Shown here: piece by piece, positions 40,669 through 55,205 of the stretch
How the letters are laid out: every line of letters begins with the position of its first letter
Position numbering within the stretch: position 1 is the first letter of the stretch
NCBI RefSeq assembly: GCF_006345805.1
Contig: NC_043004.1
Coordinates: forward strand, 84,630,001 to 84,694,000
Direction of reading: 5' to 3'
Length of the DNA stretch: 64,000 bases
From: Octopus sinensis
Taxonomy: Eukaryota
Made by a program: the position numbers and the translations under genes
The notes under the pieces: generated by a model
The model's input: only the letters and a program-made list of their open reading frames with translations
What the model was told of the DNA's origin: nothing
Database searches by the model: none

Positions 40669-40723
40669 GTTATTATTATCATTATTAATATCATCATCAT
40701 CACATCATCATTATTATTATTAA

Positions 40724-40778
<55 letters not shown>

Positions 40779-40986
40779 TAGTTTTATTTTTATAGCGTGC
40801 TTTCACTTCACTACCGAGCGCAGCTCTGTGTGCCTTGGGTATGTGCTGTGATTTGTTGTGATGCTCTGATGGTTATTGTATGGAAAGTGTTCTGCGTAGG
40901 ATGTGTGCAGTGCCTAGTAGTGCAATTTTCTGTATGTTATATGTGTTTGTAAGTCCTGGTGTTTTTGTTATGTATTTGTCTGAATA

Positions 40987-41068
<82 letters not shown>

Positions 41069-41170
41069 CATTATCAGTATCATCATAATCATCATCATCA
41101 TCATCATCATCACCATTATCAACATAATAATCATTATTACTATAATAATCATTATTATTATCATTATTGC
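40385..41170. repeat. (CAT)n/(TTA)n arrays hosting an RLE fragment
   Basis: Direct observation. Confidence 0.95.
40773..40987 (-). mobile_element. RLE (R4/Dong-like) retrotransposon 3' end
   Basis: Minus strand reads KYITKTPGLTNTYNIQKIALLGTAHILRRTLSIQ*, then a 3'UTR, then (TAA)n on the sense strand. Confidence 0.88.
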
Positions 41171-42458
41171 TATTTTAGTATCGCTCCGACATTGCTCTGT
41201 TTCCTGTCACATCTTGCTGTGTGCCTGTAAACATATTACATTACTTAAGCTATTTACTATAAGACAGCAACTGCTACGGTATCCAAGCGTTAAATTACGC
41301 TTTAATTCTACACGCAAGTTACTAGAAATGCAGCTAAATATCTTGCGCCCACAAACATTTTCATTCTTATCATTAAAGGAGACACTAAACATACATTACA
41401 CAGCATATCCATTGATCAAGCCGGCAACAATTTTTGTGTTTAATATCACCGATTATTCATATGTGAATATGGTTATATAATGGCAGTATGCAGTGCAATA
41501 TTAATTATAGAGTAATATTATTTAGCTTAACATCGCTCACGTTCTCATACGCTGATATTTATTTAGTGGTTCAACTTTAGATAATTTATAATTTTCTTTC
41601 TCTTTGTTTTGGTTTAATGTGCTTCAAGCATTCTGTAGAGGGAGTATATTTAGTGGTATCCAATTCTGAACACTGCAAATTTATGCGCTTGTTCTCTTAG
41701 GTTACTGTAGTCTGTGTTTATATTTCATTTCCATATTATGCATCTGTTTTTATTTTATAATATTATATTTGTACAAAACTTCAGCTGTGAGCCAACGGAA
41801 TTATAAAAGTGCCCAGCATTTATTTTCCTTCTGTTTTATGTTACATTTCTGTACTAAATATCAATGAAAAAATTTAGCAAAACACTATAACGAAATTATA
41901 TGATATTACGCAACTGTAATAAATTGTAATAAATTGTTTTTTATAGACGTTTAACTGTTCACTCCCATACTACTTTTAGTTGGAGTCATATTCGTTCACA
42001 CAACATCTATAATGAACATTGCCACCAATGTTCGACAGCAGTTGGTGTTTGATGTTACTTGAAAACACTAGAGTATGTTTTGCATGAAAGCATTCAAAGT
42101 TCTCTTTTAGCTATTTGGCAAACTATGAAAATTATTATGTTGAAGATCACTTACTGCGCAATTGTTTTCTTCTCTTTCTTGGATAATAAACAAAACCATC
42201 ATTTTCACTAGGTCTTTCTGAAGACATCTATAGTTGCTAAATGGACAATCATTCGATCGAACGTATTTGTATATCATTTGTATATGCTTTCGGATATCGG
42301 ATGTTTAATATTTCGCATATAGTATTATCAGTTGTCTGAGGCGCAATATTATTAAGTTAATTTCATATCAGATACAGTTTCAATTTTAAGGTACATATAT
42401 TGAAATATCTCTGGACGATTAGTAGTTAATTTTTCCTCTAGTTGTCAAATGGTTTATT

Positions 42459-42529
42459 GAATTCGCATTACTAGTAAAGGAATTCGCATGACTAGTAAAG
42501 GAATTCGCATTACTAGTAAAGGAACTTGC
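42459..42529. repeat. 21-bp tandem repeat x3 plus a partial copy (GAATTCGCATTACTAGTAAAG)
   Basis: Units start at 42459, 42480 and 42501; partial copy at 42522. Confidence 0.95.
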
Positions 42530-43624
42530 AAAATACGCTGGTCGAGGTAGTGTACGTCATAGGAGAATAACATCTTCTTTCTAAGACGACAGTGTGTTCA
42601 ACAGACTCGGCTCATTTGCCAAGGCATTCTAGGATATCTGTAATTTCCTGTTCTGTCTTGTCTCAGTTCAACTCACAGTTAAGATTGCTATTAACATAAA
42701 TGAGTAAGTCGCAAGATACTTTTATTAACGTGCATTCGCTCAGCAGCTTTATATAATGCAATCTGACGTGCTAGAACAGCTGGCCGTTCTAACGTTAATT
42801 ATATAACCATCATGTTAACACATTCGTTCATGTATTCACTTATCGAATATTCCATCAAGTTATACATATTATCAAATGAATTTGATTGTACACTACACCA
42901 TCGAGCTAAAATGTTATAGGGTAAAGAAAAATAAGATCTAAAATTATAAACAGTTCATTCTTTTATACTGGATTACATCATGTAGTGTTAATCATGTAAT
43001 TTGCAGTATTACATAATGGATAATATCAGGCAATGGTCTAATATCGTAATGGTTCAATGCGAACACTGATCAAATGCATTTACGGAGTGATATCACTAAC
43101 AAAGAGCACCCGACATTTATAGCATTATACAAGAAGAAAAGACAATTTGAACATACATTTTACAGACACATGACGCATGTTCAAAATGCATTCAGATTGG
43201 AGTAGTTTTCGCCGAGATAATTACCTCTTTACAGCGGCAAAGTATAACGTAATGGCAAAGTAGTAGCTACGGTGAAACCTACGGAAGTATTTAATGTATT
43301 ATATGTCTGTTTGACTTTCGATCCGATAAACGTAATTCAAAATTTGTACTTGTTGCTAACAAACGAAAATGGATTCTCAGAAGGATTCTCATTGGTTGAG
43401 GCATGTAATTATTGGATACGAAAGAAATAAAATTATAAAACACGAAAAGAGAATGACTCTACTGAGAAATAAAAGTTATCGCAAAATGAAGGTATTTTTG
43501 AAGGCAATGTTTAATGATACAATGAGAGTTTGAACAGAGAAAGTAAGGAAGTATTATGAGATACCTGAGGAAAACTCCAGTTCACTCAGCCGGAGAAATA
43601 CGTAACGACGTCACTGGTGACATG

Positions 43625-43790
43625 CTGTACCTGCCGTTACCTTTCCTTTGCATAACATTGGTGGCGTGAAGTGGGGAGGCTGGTATTCCTGTCCGATTGC
43701 TTGTCTTTCATAGACAAGTTTGCCCGGACTTGTGCCTCGGAGGTCCAATCCCATTGCCATTCGTGACTGAAGGGGTCTCTAACATTTACC
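43625..43790 (+). mobile_element. 3' half of the SINE type seen at 45080
   Basis: ctttccttt.gataacat..ggggaggctggt..tgcctc.ga.ggt..aatccca..gtc..gaagggg.tc is shared with 45250-45395. Confidence 0.7.
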
Positions 43791-44167
43791 TGATGAAAGC
43801 GACAGTGAGGGCATAAAGAAACATTATAAAACATTATGATACGTGTAAACCATCCACCTGATATAAGCATGCACAGCTATAATTTAAGCATTACTGCTTC
43901 GTGTAGTCCTTAAGTTCATTAATTGCAGCTCGAAAAAAATGTATTTTGTCAACATATTTTCTGTTTGCAGTCTGCATATATGAACCACAGTTCTTACTAC
44001 GCTGCGAATGAGGAATTCGTTGTCAGTAGTTGAAAAGAAACGTGAGCATCTTTATACTGAAATGTGATGAAATCATTCATAGACCGGTGATCTATTTTCA
44101 TACGCATAGATTATGATAATTTCCTTCTAGAGTCTTTATTCCCAGTAAAGATATTTCTTTTTTATAG

Positions 44168-44250
44168 TGAACATGAAAATGTGTTAAAGATAGCTGTGAA
44201 TCTATTACAAACGATCTGCGAGACGCATGAAGCAAGCCTGGATTTGTTTG
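44168..44250 (+). CDS. Candidate short exon (helical, HEAT/ARM-like peptide)
   Basis: tttctttttttatag acceptor, frame EHENVLKIAVNLLQTICETHEASLDLF, TTG|GTAGGA donor. No family identified. Confidence 0.28.
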
Positions 44251-44494
44251 GTAGGAAGCGATCAAATGAGAAGCTATATCCATAATATGAAGAGCTCTTT
44301 AGTTCCAGAAGTTGAATTTCTGATACTGTATACTCAATGCATCAATTATTTTTCCTAATTGATATGAAATTAATGTAATTGTTGACTGTATCAATAGATA
44401 TCTCGCATAACTTTGAAAGACATTATACTGCCAATGCTGCTATACAAATCATCTATATTCAGAAGATCGCTTCACAGATTTTGAAACATATACA

Positions 44495-44961
44495 CAGTAC
44501 ATTAATTCCTCGCTATATTGCGGTTCACCTATCGCGCACTCAGTACATCGCGATTCACTTATCGCGGCTTCCTCAATATATCGTAGGTTTCTGTGACCGA
44601 TATGTATTTATATGTTTTTAGATTTTAATTATTTCTGTGGTAAAATAAGTATTACCAGGTCTCCAAATTAATAAATTACGTAAAAATAGAGTACAGTAGT
44701 GCACTGTATAACATATTAAATAAAATATATTAAAAGAAAAAGTAGGTTACCGTAGCTGACTAAACAAAGAATCGTACATACTGTATGGAACTCGGGAAAC
44801 GAGTGAGGGGTGTTGTTTTATATTTATAATAAAATAAATGTATACAAATCATAAAATGATACAAAGATTATATACAGTACAGTACTCTTTCTACTTCGCG
44901 GATTTTCACCTACCAAGGGAAGTTCTGGAAAGTAGAAACCGCGATAGTTAAGGGATTACTG
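44495..44961. mobile_element. pogo/Tigger-like MITE
   Basis: Left CAGTA..ttcctcgctatattgcgg and right ccgcgatagttaagggattaCTG+TA are imperfect inverted termini. No ORF. Confidence 0.6.
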
Positions 44962-45079
44962 TAATCTCATCAAGTGACACACACCAAAGCAACTTGTATG
45001 TCTAAATAATCAAGGCTACGTCGATCTACCCGTATGACGATACCATTGGAATACTATATTTATCACAGTGGTAATATAT

Positions 45080-45400
45080 AAGGCACGTGGCTCAGTGGTA
45101 AGAGCGTCATGCTCCCAAACATGAGTCAGTTAGTTCGATTCTCAGACCGGGCTGTGTGCTCTGTTATTGAGTAAGACTTTCTTTCACGTTGCTCCAGTTC
45201 AAACAGCTATAGAAACGAGTTGCGATGTCACTGGTTCCAAGCTCTATCGACCTTTGCCTTTCCCTTGGATAACATCAAGGAAGAGGGGAGGCTGGTGGGC
45301 AGGGGTTACTGCTGGTCTTACAGACTTCTGCCTCAGAAGGTACCATTCTAGGTGCAATCCCATAGTCGCGCATAGTCAAAGGGGGTCATTACCCTTTTTA
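45080..45400 (+). mobile_element. tRNA-derived SINE (D-type core, alternative tail)
   Basis: A-box TGGCTCAGTGG, B-box-like GTTCGATTC, and the tttcacgttgctccagt core. Confidence 0.8.
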
Positions 45401-46150
45401 TTATATAATTAGAATTTAAACAGGCGGGAAGTTTTGATTTTGTAAAAATAATGTACCAACGTTATTGGTAGATGGGACGAATGTGAGAATTTGTTATAAA
45501 TATCTATATAACCTACAGCTAGAAATCAATATATTTCGATCGCTGCGTGATTTCCTACATAATATTTGCTTCTGCTGCTATATAATACTCTTGTGAATTA
45601 CTCTCATGAATCCTGTCAGCATATGACAGGAGAAATTTTAGGTAATTAAATCCTTTTATTAATTGAATTTTATCTCATTTATTCACATTCAATAATATAA
45701 ATATTTTGTGTTCGTTTCCACTATGACCTATATCATTTCGAAGTTATATCCGACTATGTGATGCTGCATAATATCCAGGCGGAACATCTATTGTTGGACT
45801 GGCCCCTTGACACTAAATTAGTGTGCCAGAACTCTTCTATTCCGTTGCCCTTTATATATCCTTACCGATATTTTGTTGATTAAATATGACACACCAAGTA
45901 TCAGATTTATTAACAGGTCATTTAATTATAGAATTCAGGTAATTAGAGACGAATGTGGTGACCAGAAGACATCGAATATTTCGTATGAACCAGGCTCCCT
46001 ATAGAAAACGAAGAACATCACATTGAAATAAGATAGCCCAATGAGACACCAGAGTTGTTCAGAGAGAGAACTAGTTTGAACTAAATGGCATGTTCTAAGT
46101 TTAACATATTCATAATCAACTAGTTTTGATATCAATATTATGTCGCACAT

Positions 46151-46513
46151 GAAGGTAGTGCGCTGGAACAATCGATACTGCGCTGGGATGCCTTACGTTG
46201 CCTGATCAAATTCCCCCGAGGTCGACGTCACCTTTCAACATTTCAAGATCGCTGAGATAAAGTACTAGATGAGTACTGGGGTTGATGTAATCGACCTGGC
46301 CCCTCCTCCGAACGTTCTGCCCTTGCACAATACTTTGAAGCCAATATTCTGTTACATATGCAGGCGACGTTCTAAGTTCAAATTCTGCTAAGGTCGATTT
46401 GCGCCAAATTCTTTCGGTGTCGATAAAATAAGTACCAGTTGAGCAATGATATTGATGTAATCGATGAATCTCTTCTCCAAAATTCCTGGCTTTCAGACAA
46501 AATTTAAAAACAA
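46151..46513 (+). mobile_element. Two decayed SINE family A monomers
   Basis: aaattcc..aggtcga..aagtac.ag..gatgtaatcga blocks occur twice. Confidence 0.7.
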
Positions 46514-47954
46514 TATATGTCTAATGGCAACAGATTGGAAATATTCCGATTGGTGCTAGCTGATTATTACTTATGTCGCTGATGATCCGGCAAAATAAGA
46601 AAACTTCAAATATTTCGTCTCATTGGTGTAATGCATTCTGCGATACATAATTTTGGGAAGTTGTCCACACCGAAGTTAGCACTTGATACAGTCGTTGGTA
46701 TTAGGGTGTTCGCTATTTCGAAACGTCTACCATGTTTATCTTCTAATACAGCGTAAAAGTTTGCGATATTGAATGTGTGTTCTGTACAGATTTGAAGGAG
46801 ATGAATGCATGAAAACATAGAAAAGCGGTACGTGCTACCTCCACTTTTGACCAAGTTCCAAAGTCTTGATATGTAAGGAGGTAATATAAAATGATTCAAT
46901 ATAGAAATATATGAAGAGACATGCTCACAACTCCTTATTTATATATGTTATCAATATGCTTGATTTGAACGTTAAAGGCTAAAATATTTCAAAACTACAG
47001 GAAAAGATAATACAAGTGAAGAAATGTGGACAATATCACGTTCCAAGATTTGACCCCACGGATAATGATATAGTCATTTGCGAATGATATCGTATCTGTT
47101 TAACAAAATTCCAGATTTACAGTTTATATTATGGCGAACAAATGTATGATGACCAGTGACTTGCAGCGCAATATGAGATCATGCATTTTGTTTTGTCTCA
47201 GACCTACCTCCAAGCTGACATAAGTCATGTTTATGAGCTTCATGATCTCTTTTGATCAGCATTGAGTAGATTGAAGGTATCTAGCCTACGAGGGACAAAA
47301 ACAATGCAAGTGATTACACTCAGTATTAATGCTTGGTCTAACTGATTTCCATTTTTCTATAAATATAGTATACTCGTATCAGATATTGCTTGATGCCTTC
47401 TAAAATCCATTCTTCCTTTTTTTCTAATACTTTCATGCAGTAAAAGATATTATGAAGATTGAGATTATTCAATCATTGATGCCTGTTTCCATATATTATG
47501 CTTTAGATACTGGTCTATTTTCAACAATAATGCCTCTAACTTAGCTGTTGTAGATGTTGTGTGTATATGTATATGTACATATGCGCGTGTCTGCATTCGT
47601 GTGCGCGTGTGCGTGGCTTTGTGTGTGTACGTGTGTATGTGTATGCCTGTTTCTGAATGTTTACATCTGTATGCTGTATAGATTCTTGGATATTTCCGCG
47701 TGCTTCACCGCCTTATCTGATTCCCTTTTCTTTTAGTAAAACATTTCCATTGTTAACAAATTGCCCAACCCTCTAGCATGCAATCTCATATTCATTTAAT
47801 CGAGTGTCATACTTACAAAAACCGCATACACGCAAACTCACACATGCACACACACGCAAGGATGCAGACACGTAAACATGCACGCGTAAGTGCACAGCCT
47901 CTAATACATGCATTTGAATGCATGCACAATGTGCGCATATGAATATATGTATAC

Positions 47955-48402
<448 letters not shown>

Positions 48403-49109
48403 CTAGAAATTAGCCAAAGATTTTAGTAGTAGAAACTATGGTTATAGTTGCACTCCATCTTTAAATTTATTGAAGTTAAATATTTACAGCACTAATAAAA
48501 CCAAATTCAATCTGCCTACGGGTTTTATCGTTGTTATCTGTGCATATGAATATTGGCCGGGTGTATGAACATCGTTCCTTCTATATTCATATAAATTCTA
48601 TTTTGGTATATACCATTTACGCATTCATTATTCATTATTCATGTACTTCTTGTATTAGTATTCTCTTGTTTAATTTAGCTATAAGTCTACGAGATTTTAG
48701 TTACATACCAACGTCTTTCCAATTATGCTCAAAGTAATAGCCCAAGTACTACATATACTACGCAATAATAAGCCACTAATTTTATTAATTTGTACGTATA
48801 TTGTCACTATGCAAACATTTATATGTGTACGTGCTTAGATTAGTAGAGTAAATGAAATGTTTCCCAGCAATAACTCAATCTTCATATGCAAAGAATCATA
48901 TTCCACCAGGGTAGGGAGCCCTTAACTTTGTGCTATAATTCAGGATGAATGCTGGGAATGCGTTACATATTCCGTGCAACCCAGTATTTCTGAGTCAATA
49001 TATCTATCGTTCTTTTGCAATAACGGTAAATCAGAAATATACAGGTGTACATTGCATAAAATAAATGTAACGTACACTTATAAAACATTCTTTAACATTT
49101 AAAGCAACA

Positions 49110-49390
49110 GTTATGCAGGAATGTACGAACTTTCTCACCAACCACCAATGAGCGGAGATTGAGGTTTATTGACCACCGCTGGAGTAGTAACGAAGAAGTA
49201 GTGAGTAATGTGTTGCTGTGGACACCAAATCATGGCACCACAGCGGCCCGAAGAACACGGAACATGTATATACAACAGCTTGCAGTTGTTCGATTTTAAA
49301 TTGAACACTTAAAAAGCAACTAATAGGGGATCAATAAGGATGGAGTGAGGTAGTAAGGCCGGCCAGGGCAATCAACGTGACTGCATGATG
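49110..49390 (+). mobile_element. RTE LINE 3' end relic
   Basis: ERRLRFIDHRWSSNEEVVSNVLLWTPNHG....TRNMYIQQL (cf. RRLRFAGHCWRS..E..S.VLLW.P.HG..GRP..TYIDQL). Ends in tgatg. Confidence 0.8.
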
Positions 49391-50829
49391 CCTCGGTAAA
49401 AAAACGAAATTGAATCATTTCTTAATAGCTTAGAAAATTCGAGTGTTTGAGTGCTTTTTTCCCATTTATGCTGGCTCAATAAAGGCCATAAGCGGTATTT
49501 ATCTGAATGCACCGTATATATAAATGGCAATTTCATGAAACATCCAGTCCAATTAGAGGCTAATTAGAGCTGAATAAAAATCGGTAATGGTTCTCTTACG
49601 GAGGTTGGGCTAGCATATGATAAAAGAAGTCTGCAAAGAATGATAGGTTGAAGGAAATGTGGTGTCGTAATGAGAGTGGAGACAGGAAGAGACAGAAAAT
49701 GGGAGACAGAGACAGAGAGAACGAGAGACAGGAACTGAGCGGGGAATGTTTTTACTGAAGAGAACAGCGAATTTTAATACTTTTTTCTTTAATCTTTACC
49801 TATCAGTTAACGCATGCACTTTAGTGAATTCACTATTGTATGGTCAGTCAACAATTTTACCAACATATCCAACAACAGATGTAAAGCTAACAAGTGAAAA
49901 GTAAAGTATTTTATATTTGTTCTCAGATCACCGTAATTTATTAAAACTGTTCCAACGTACTGAAACAATAAAACATATTTTGTTCCATAGCTAAACCTAT
50001 ATCATTCTTAACATATATTGAAAAATAACACACAAATCAAACTAGAAGACGTAAGGACATAAGAACATTCAAAGGAGTTGTTTCTTCACATTGCACCTGC
50101 AACACTATACCATTTATATGGAATTTTACATCATCTAAAGATTCTAATGGTTCAGAAAACTATTCCATTCTATGTTTCCATTTTCAAAAGAAACTTAGGA
50201 TTGTATACAGGGTACTGCTACAACTAATACCGCTACTATATATGTATATATATATATATAAACTGTATGTGTTATATAAATTTTTGTTAATTCCATGTCA
50301 GTACATGTCTTCCCCCGCAGATTGGCCTCTAGATCAGGACATATTTTTACAATTTTTTGTAAAATAGTTCGTTGATGATATTTATTTACATGTTTTGGTC
50401 AACCGTTTCATATGACATTATTCATTAAAACTTTTTAAATCATTAGAAATTCTTACAACTGTGGTCGTCGTAATTCTTTCAATTGTTAAAACGAAATACC
50501 TCCTCGTAATGATTTTCCCTTCATTTTGTGATGGACAACTATCTTGCAGAAAATGCGAGCTTCCAAATCTTGTTTTCTGATTAGATAAAATTGATTAAAA
50601 TTTAAATCCCAGTAACGATTTACTGCATTTTTTCTGGAAGAAATAAATAACAAAATCGGATTTAATGTGGAAAATTATTTCAGTATTATTTGAACGTTTG
50701 GACGAAATCTTGACTCTACAAATAGAGAGACTCAGAATGAAACAAGGTAATGCAAACGGAAAAATAATACCGCTTTTCAGGGTATTACCGGATAATTCAG
50801 ATAGTATTATATGTGTGTAATAATATATG

Positions 50830-52720
50830 AAACCCTTCATTGAAACTCAAAGGCCTGCAGACGAGCAGTGGGTAATCAAAAACATCAAACAGAACCCAAA
50901 AGTGTTCTATTCTTATGCAAATAAGCATAGAACCGCTATCTCACCCATTGGGCCATTTATCGATGATTACATCATTCCCCAACACGATGCTAAAGGAATG
51001 GCAAAATACTGCAGAAGCAATACTGATTGGTGTTTAGTGATACCATTGATATTGACGTAAGAGAAACGAACGAAATTGATTCCCCACATAAAAGCTCGAA
51101 CATAACCTTCACTGTCTCAGACATTATAGCAGCAATAAATGAGGTCAAATACTATTCTCCTGTAGGCCCTGATAGATTCTCCGCTAGTCTTCTGAAGGAC
51201 TGTAGACACAAACTTGCAGTCCCTCTGACCAACCTCTGGAGAACTTCTTTAGACTCAAGCTATTTACCGAAATAGCTCCTAACCCAGTCTGTCATCCCGG
51301 TTTTCAAATAGGGAAACATACCCCTTGCAGTTAACTATCGCCCAATCTCACTCACCTCACAATACATTAAAGTGTTCGAAAGAGTGTTAATATCAAGGAA
51401 AGCTGGCTTCCTGGAGATCCACAAATTCCTAAATGCAAATCAGCATGACTTTTGTTGTGGCAGTGACTGTCTAACACAACAATTAAATCACATTGAATTC
51501 TGATGTCATATATCTTGACTTCAGTAAAGCGTTCGACAGGTTTGACCATTATATCTTACTCTCAAAATTGGCAAATGTTGAAATCCATGGAAAACCTCTA
51601 CACTGGAGTGAGTATTTCCTGGCGAATAGAACACATGTTGTGGTTGATGGCGTCTTGCGACTGTCTTGAGCCGGCTCCTATTTATAATCTACATAAGCGA
51701 ACTTTTTATCGTCGTAAATCACTGCAAATTCAAAATATTTTCTGAAGACATTAAGCTCCAGCAAATCATCAAAGCAGACCGAACTCAACTCCAGTCTCAT
51801 CTTTATGTGGTGAGTCAATGGGCAGATAAAAACAAAATGCAACTAAACGAGGATTAATTTGAGCTGATGCATTTTGGAGGAGAGTCTATACTAAAACAGC
51901 CATACTCTCTTCCTTCAGGGGAACCTCTCACAGAATCTAATAATATCAGAGACCTAGGTGCAATTGCTGATAACAATCACAGTTGAAGTGCCCACATCAA
52001 AAATAAGGTCGATATAGCTCGTAGATTGATCCCATGGATCTTAAAAACCTTCGGTTCAGAGAACTAGGAGTCATTGGTCCACTTTTCTCCTCCTTTGTAC
52101 GGTCACACCTCGAAAACTGCTGCACCCTGTGGTCTCTCCACGCAAAGCAAAGCATCTCGAAAATTGAATCACCACAGACAGCACTCATCAAACGAATTAA
52201 TGGCATGACTGATCTCGATTACTGGGATGGCCTTAAAGCCTTGAAAATCTACTCTCACCAGCGCCACCGCGAGCGCTACATCATTTGCTCGATGTGGAGA
52301 ATATACCACCAGCATTGCCCAAACAACCTGAACATTAACTTCAAGGTTCATCCAATGCTGAGAACACGGGCCATACGTCCCCTACCCAATTCAGGATCAC
52401 AACATATCAGTACACAGCGACAAAATTTCTTTTCCTCAACAGGAAATATTTAACATTATCCCAAAAATGATTAAATTGGAAAAGGGTCCCATCACATTTA
52501 AAAGGACCATGGATACATTTCTTCAAGGAATACCAGATAAGCCACCCATATCTGGACACAACTCAATCAACAAGAGGTCACTACCTGAATGGATCATAAT
52601 ACCAGAAATCTTGACTTAAAATGGACTTAGATAACCCTATTAGGTGGTGCTGTTAAGCTAGACATGGCCTAGACCAATCTCTGGTCGAAACATATCTAAG
52701 TTTTATCTATGTTTTAGATT
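50830..52720 (+). mobile_element. CR1/L2-superfamily LINE ORF2 (RT) pseudogene with 3' stem-loop
   Basis: IKQNPKVFYSY, GPDRF..LLK, IPVFK.G....NYRPISLTS...KVFER, NQH.F..G..CLTQ, YLDFSKAFD, FSEDIKL (FADD), W...N.MQLN, DLG, RSHLE.CC.LWS, LKIYS.QRHRERY. Many stops and frameshifts. Terminal hairpin GACCA-atctc-TGGTC at ~52667-52686. Confidence 0.92.
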
Positions 52721-53871
52721 TGCGCGTGCCTGCGTGTGTATGAGCGTGAGTGTATGTTTGTATGTGTATGCATGACACAATGTGTGTATGTGTAAGTAAC
52801 ACTGCATGTGTGCTTGTGTGTATGTTTATGGATGCATGCATGTGTATGTGAGAGTATATGTTAGCCGCAGTTATATGCTTTTGCTGTATAATTCCAATTA
52901 TACAGTGACGATATATTAACCTTCCACTATTCTATACTTTGGAGGTAATCCAACCCAACAAATAATTATTTTATACTGAATATATTACCAACGCAGCCAC
53001 GCCGTAGCTGGTAGAATATGTACGAAGAACGTTCAAATAGTATAAAGTTACATAGTACTTAAAATAGCACTGTTACATATTCAAACAATGCCGTAAGAAT
53101 TGTACGCTCACAAGCTCTTACTGACAACATTGTTCGTTTTCTCTCTCTTTATATTTCTTCTACACTTGGTGCTATGAGGAATTTAACAGTTTATTTCTAT
53201 CTTATAAATATCTAAAAGTTTATAATATGTGATTTGTCTTGTGGTGTTCCATTCCAGAAAAGCAGGCTTATGACATTCCGTTTAATGAAGCTTGCCAAGT
53301 TCTATGCTGGAGATACAACTATTTGTATCTGACACTTCTATTTACATTTTCTTAAAGTTTCTTTTGCAGCCTGCATATGTTTCATATAATCAAAAACTAA
53401 AACCTGAATATGAATCTCTACTACATGGTGAGCATTTTGCATAGAACAAGCGTATTCTTCCATGGCAATGACACGCACTGATGTACGCATGTATTTATAC
53501 TGTGAAATATTGCGAAGAATATTATATACATGTAGATTTAAATAATAACAATCACGTTCCTATTATACCATGCATTACAATTTTATACAATTCACCAATT
53601 CTTTGAAATACAATGCGATATTCATATATAGTTTTAAAGCAAAACAAATAGTAATATCAGTTTTATTCTTGTATAATGTAGAATGTATTTTTGTTTCTTT
53701 TGAGTTGAATTTACCAACTTCTGGAGAAGATGGGCTTCAGAAAAAAACTTCTATGTGTATATGTACATCGTATATAGTTACATAATTCTTTTCACATACA
53801 AGTCATATATTTTTTTTTTGTTTTTTTATTTCGGTTTTTTTATTCGACACACATTTTCATTTATGTGTCAA

Positions 53872-54150
53872 GAAATGGCTGTGAAACAAGACAGTTACTT
53901 CCCAATCAAATGGCTCTGGAAACCTGGGCAAGTGTGCTTTTTGCAATTGTAACTGTGCCGACAATTGCCTTATGAGTGTTGGTAGACAGAAACTGAAAGA
54001 AGCCTGTTGTCTATAGATTTATATAGCAAGGGGTAGGAGTCTTGATGTCTATTTCCCACAAACTCCTGACAGCAGGTGTTGCTTTGTTTATGTCCCTGTG
54101 ATCCGGCTGTTCGACAAAAAGATGCTCGATTGAATAAGTATTCATTTGTA
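53872..54150 (+). mobile_element. SINE family B, decayed
   Basis: cctgggcaagtg..ttggtagacagaaactgaaagaagcc..gttcgacaaaaaga blocks. Confidence 0.7.
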
Positions 54151-54810
54151 GCTCTGAGTTCCAATTTTAATGAAACAAATAGTAATCATTTTGCTTCTCT
54201 TCTAAATCAAAGACCTAGCTCGTATACGGTTGGAAAACCTATAGGAAGAATTTATCTGATTTTGGAATAGCTTCCTCATTAGTGTGCTATTATTAATTAG
54301 TTTCTTTAAATGACCGGGGCATGACATGAGTATAACTGCATTAAAACATGCATATACAATTGCTGCAATCGATATTTCGTTGCAGAGTTATTACATATTC
54401 CGTTCTGCACTGCACTTTGGTTTAATGTATTCACTTTCATGTGCAAGAATTTCTCATATTTCCATACGCTTCTCGTATTATTACAACAATTGTTCCATAC
54501 TTGTAGTGGTATGAGACGGAAGATGATAAAGTGTTGTAACAAATGTAGAAGTCTATTATTCTGATAATTTATATTTATGTATTAGAATACTTCAGCATAG
54601 AAGAAACCTTTCGAAACAAAGCATATTTAACATCAGAATAATCTTAATACGTAACTAAAATCTACCAGACACGATGATACTAAATATACAGGGACATATT
54701 ACACACTAAAAGTTGCATAAATATGTGTAAAATATAACTTCGTACATTATTGTCAATCCTAACATTAAATGTTCCAGTATAGGTATTTCACGTATGTATG
54801 AATTAGAATA

Positions 54811-55205
54811 TTTTTTATTCTAGCCACAAGGCTCGGAAATTTGGGGGAGGAACCAGGTAATTATATTATTCCCAGTACACAAATGGTACTTAATTTATTG
54901 ACCCCGAAAGGATGAAATGCAAAGTCGCCCTCGGTGGAATGTGACCTCAGAACGTAAAGACAGGCGAAATACCTATTTCTTTACTACCCACAGTGGGCTA
55001 AACACAGAGCGCACAAACAAGGACAGACAAACGGATTAAGTCGATCATATCAACCCCAGTGCGTAACTGGTACTTAATTTATCGATCCCGAAAGGTTGAA
55101 AGGCAAAGTCGACCTCGGCGGAATTTGAACTCAGAACGTAGCGGCAGACGAACTACTGCTAAGCATTTCGCCCGGTGTGCTAACGTTTCTGATAGCTCGC
55201 CGCCT
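54811..55205 (-). mobile_element. Dimeric SINE family A
   Basis: The body (ctcagaacgta..aaagtcg.cctcgg.ggaat..ccgaaagg.tgaaa..ccccagt) is present twice, joined by a ggacagacaaac/gggctaaaca linker. Confidence 0.9.
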
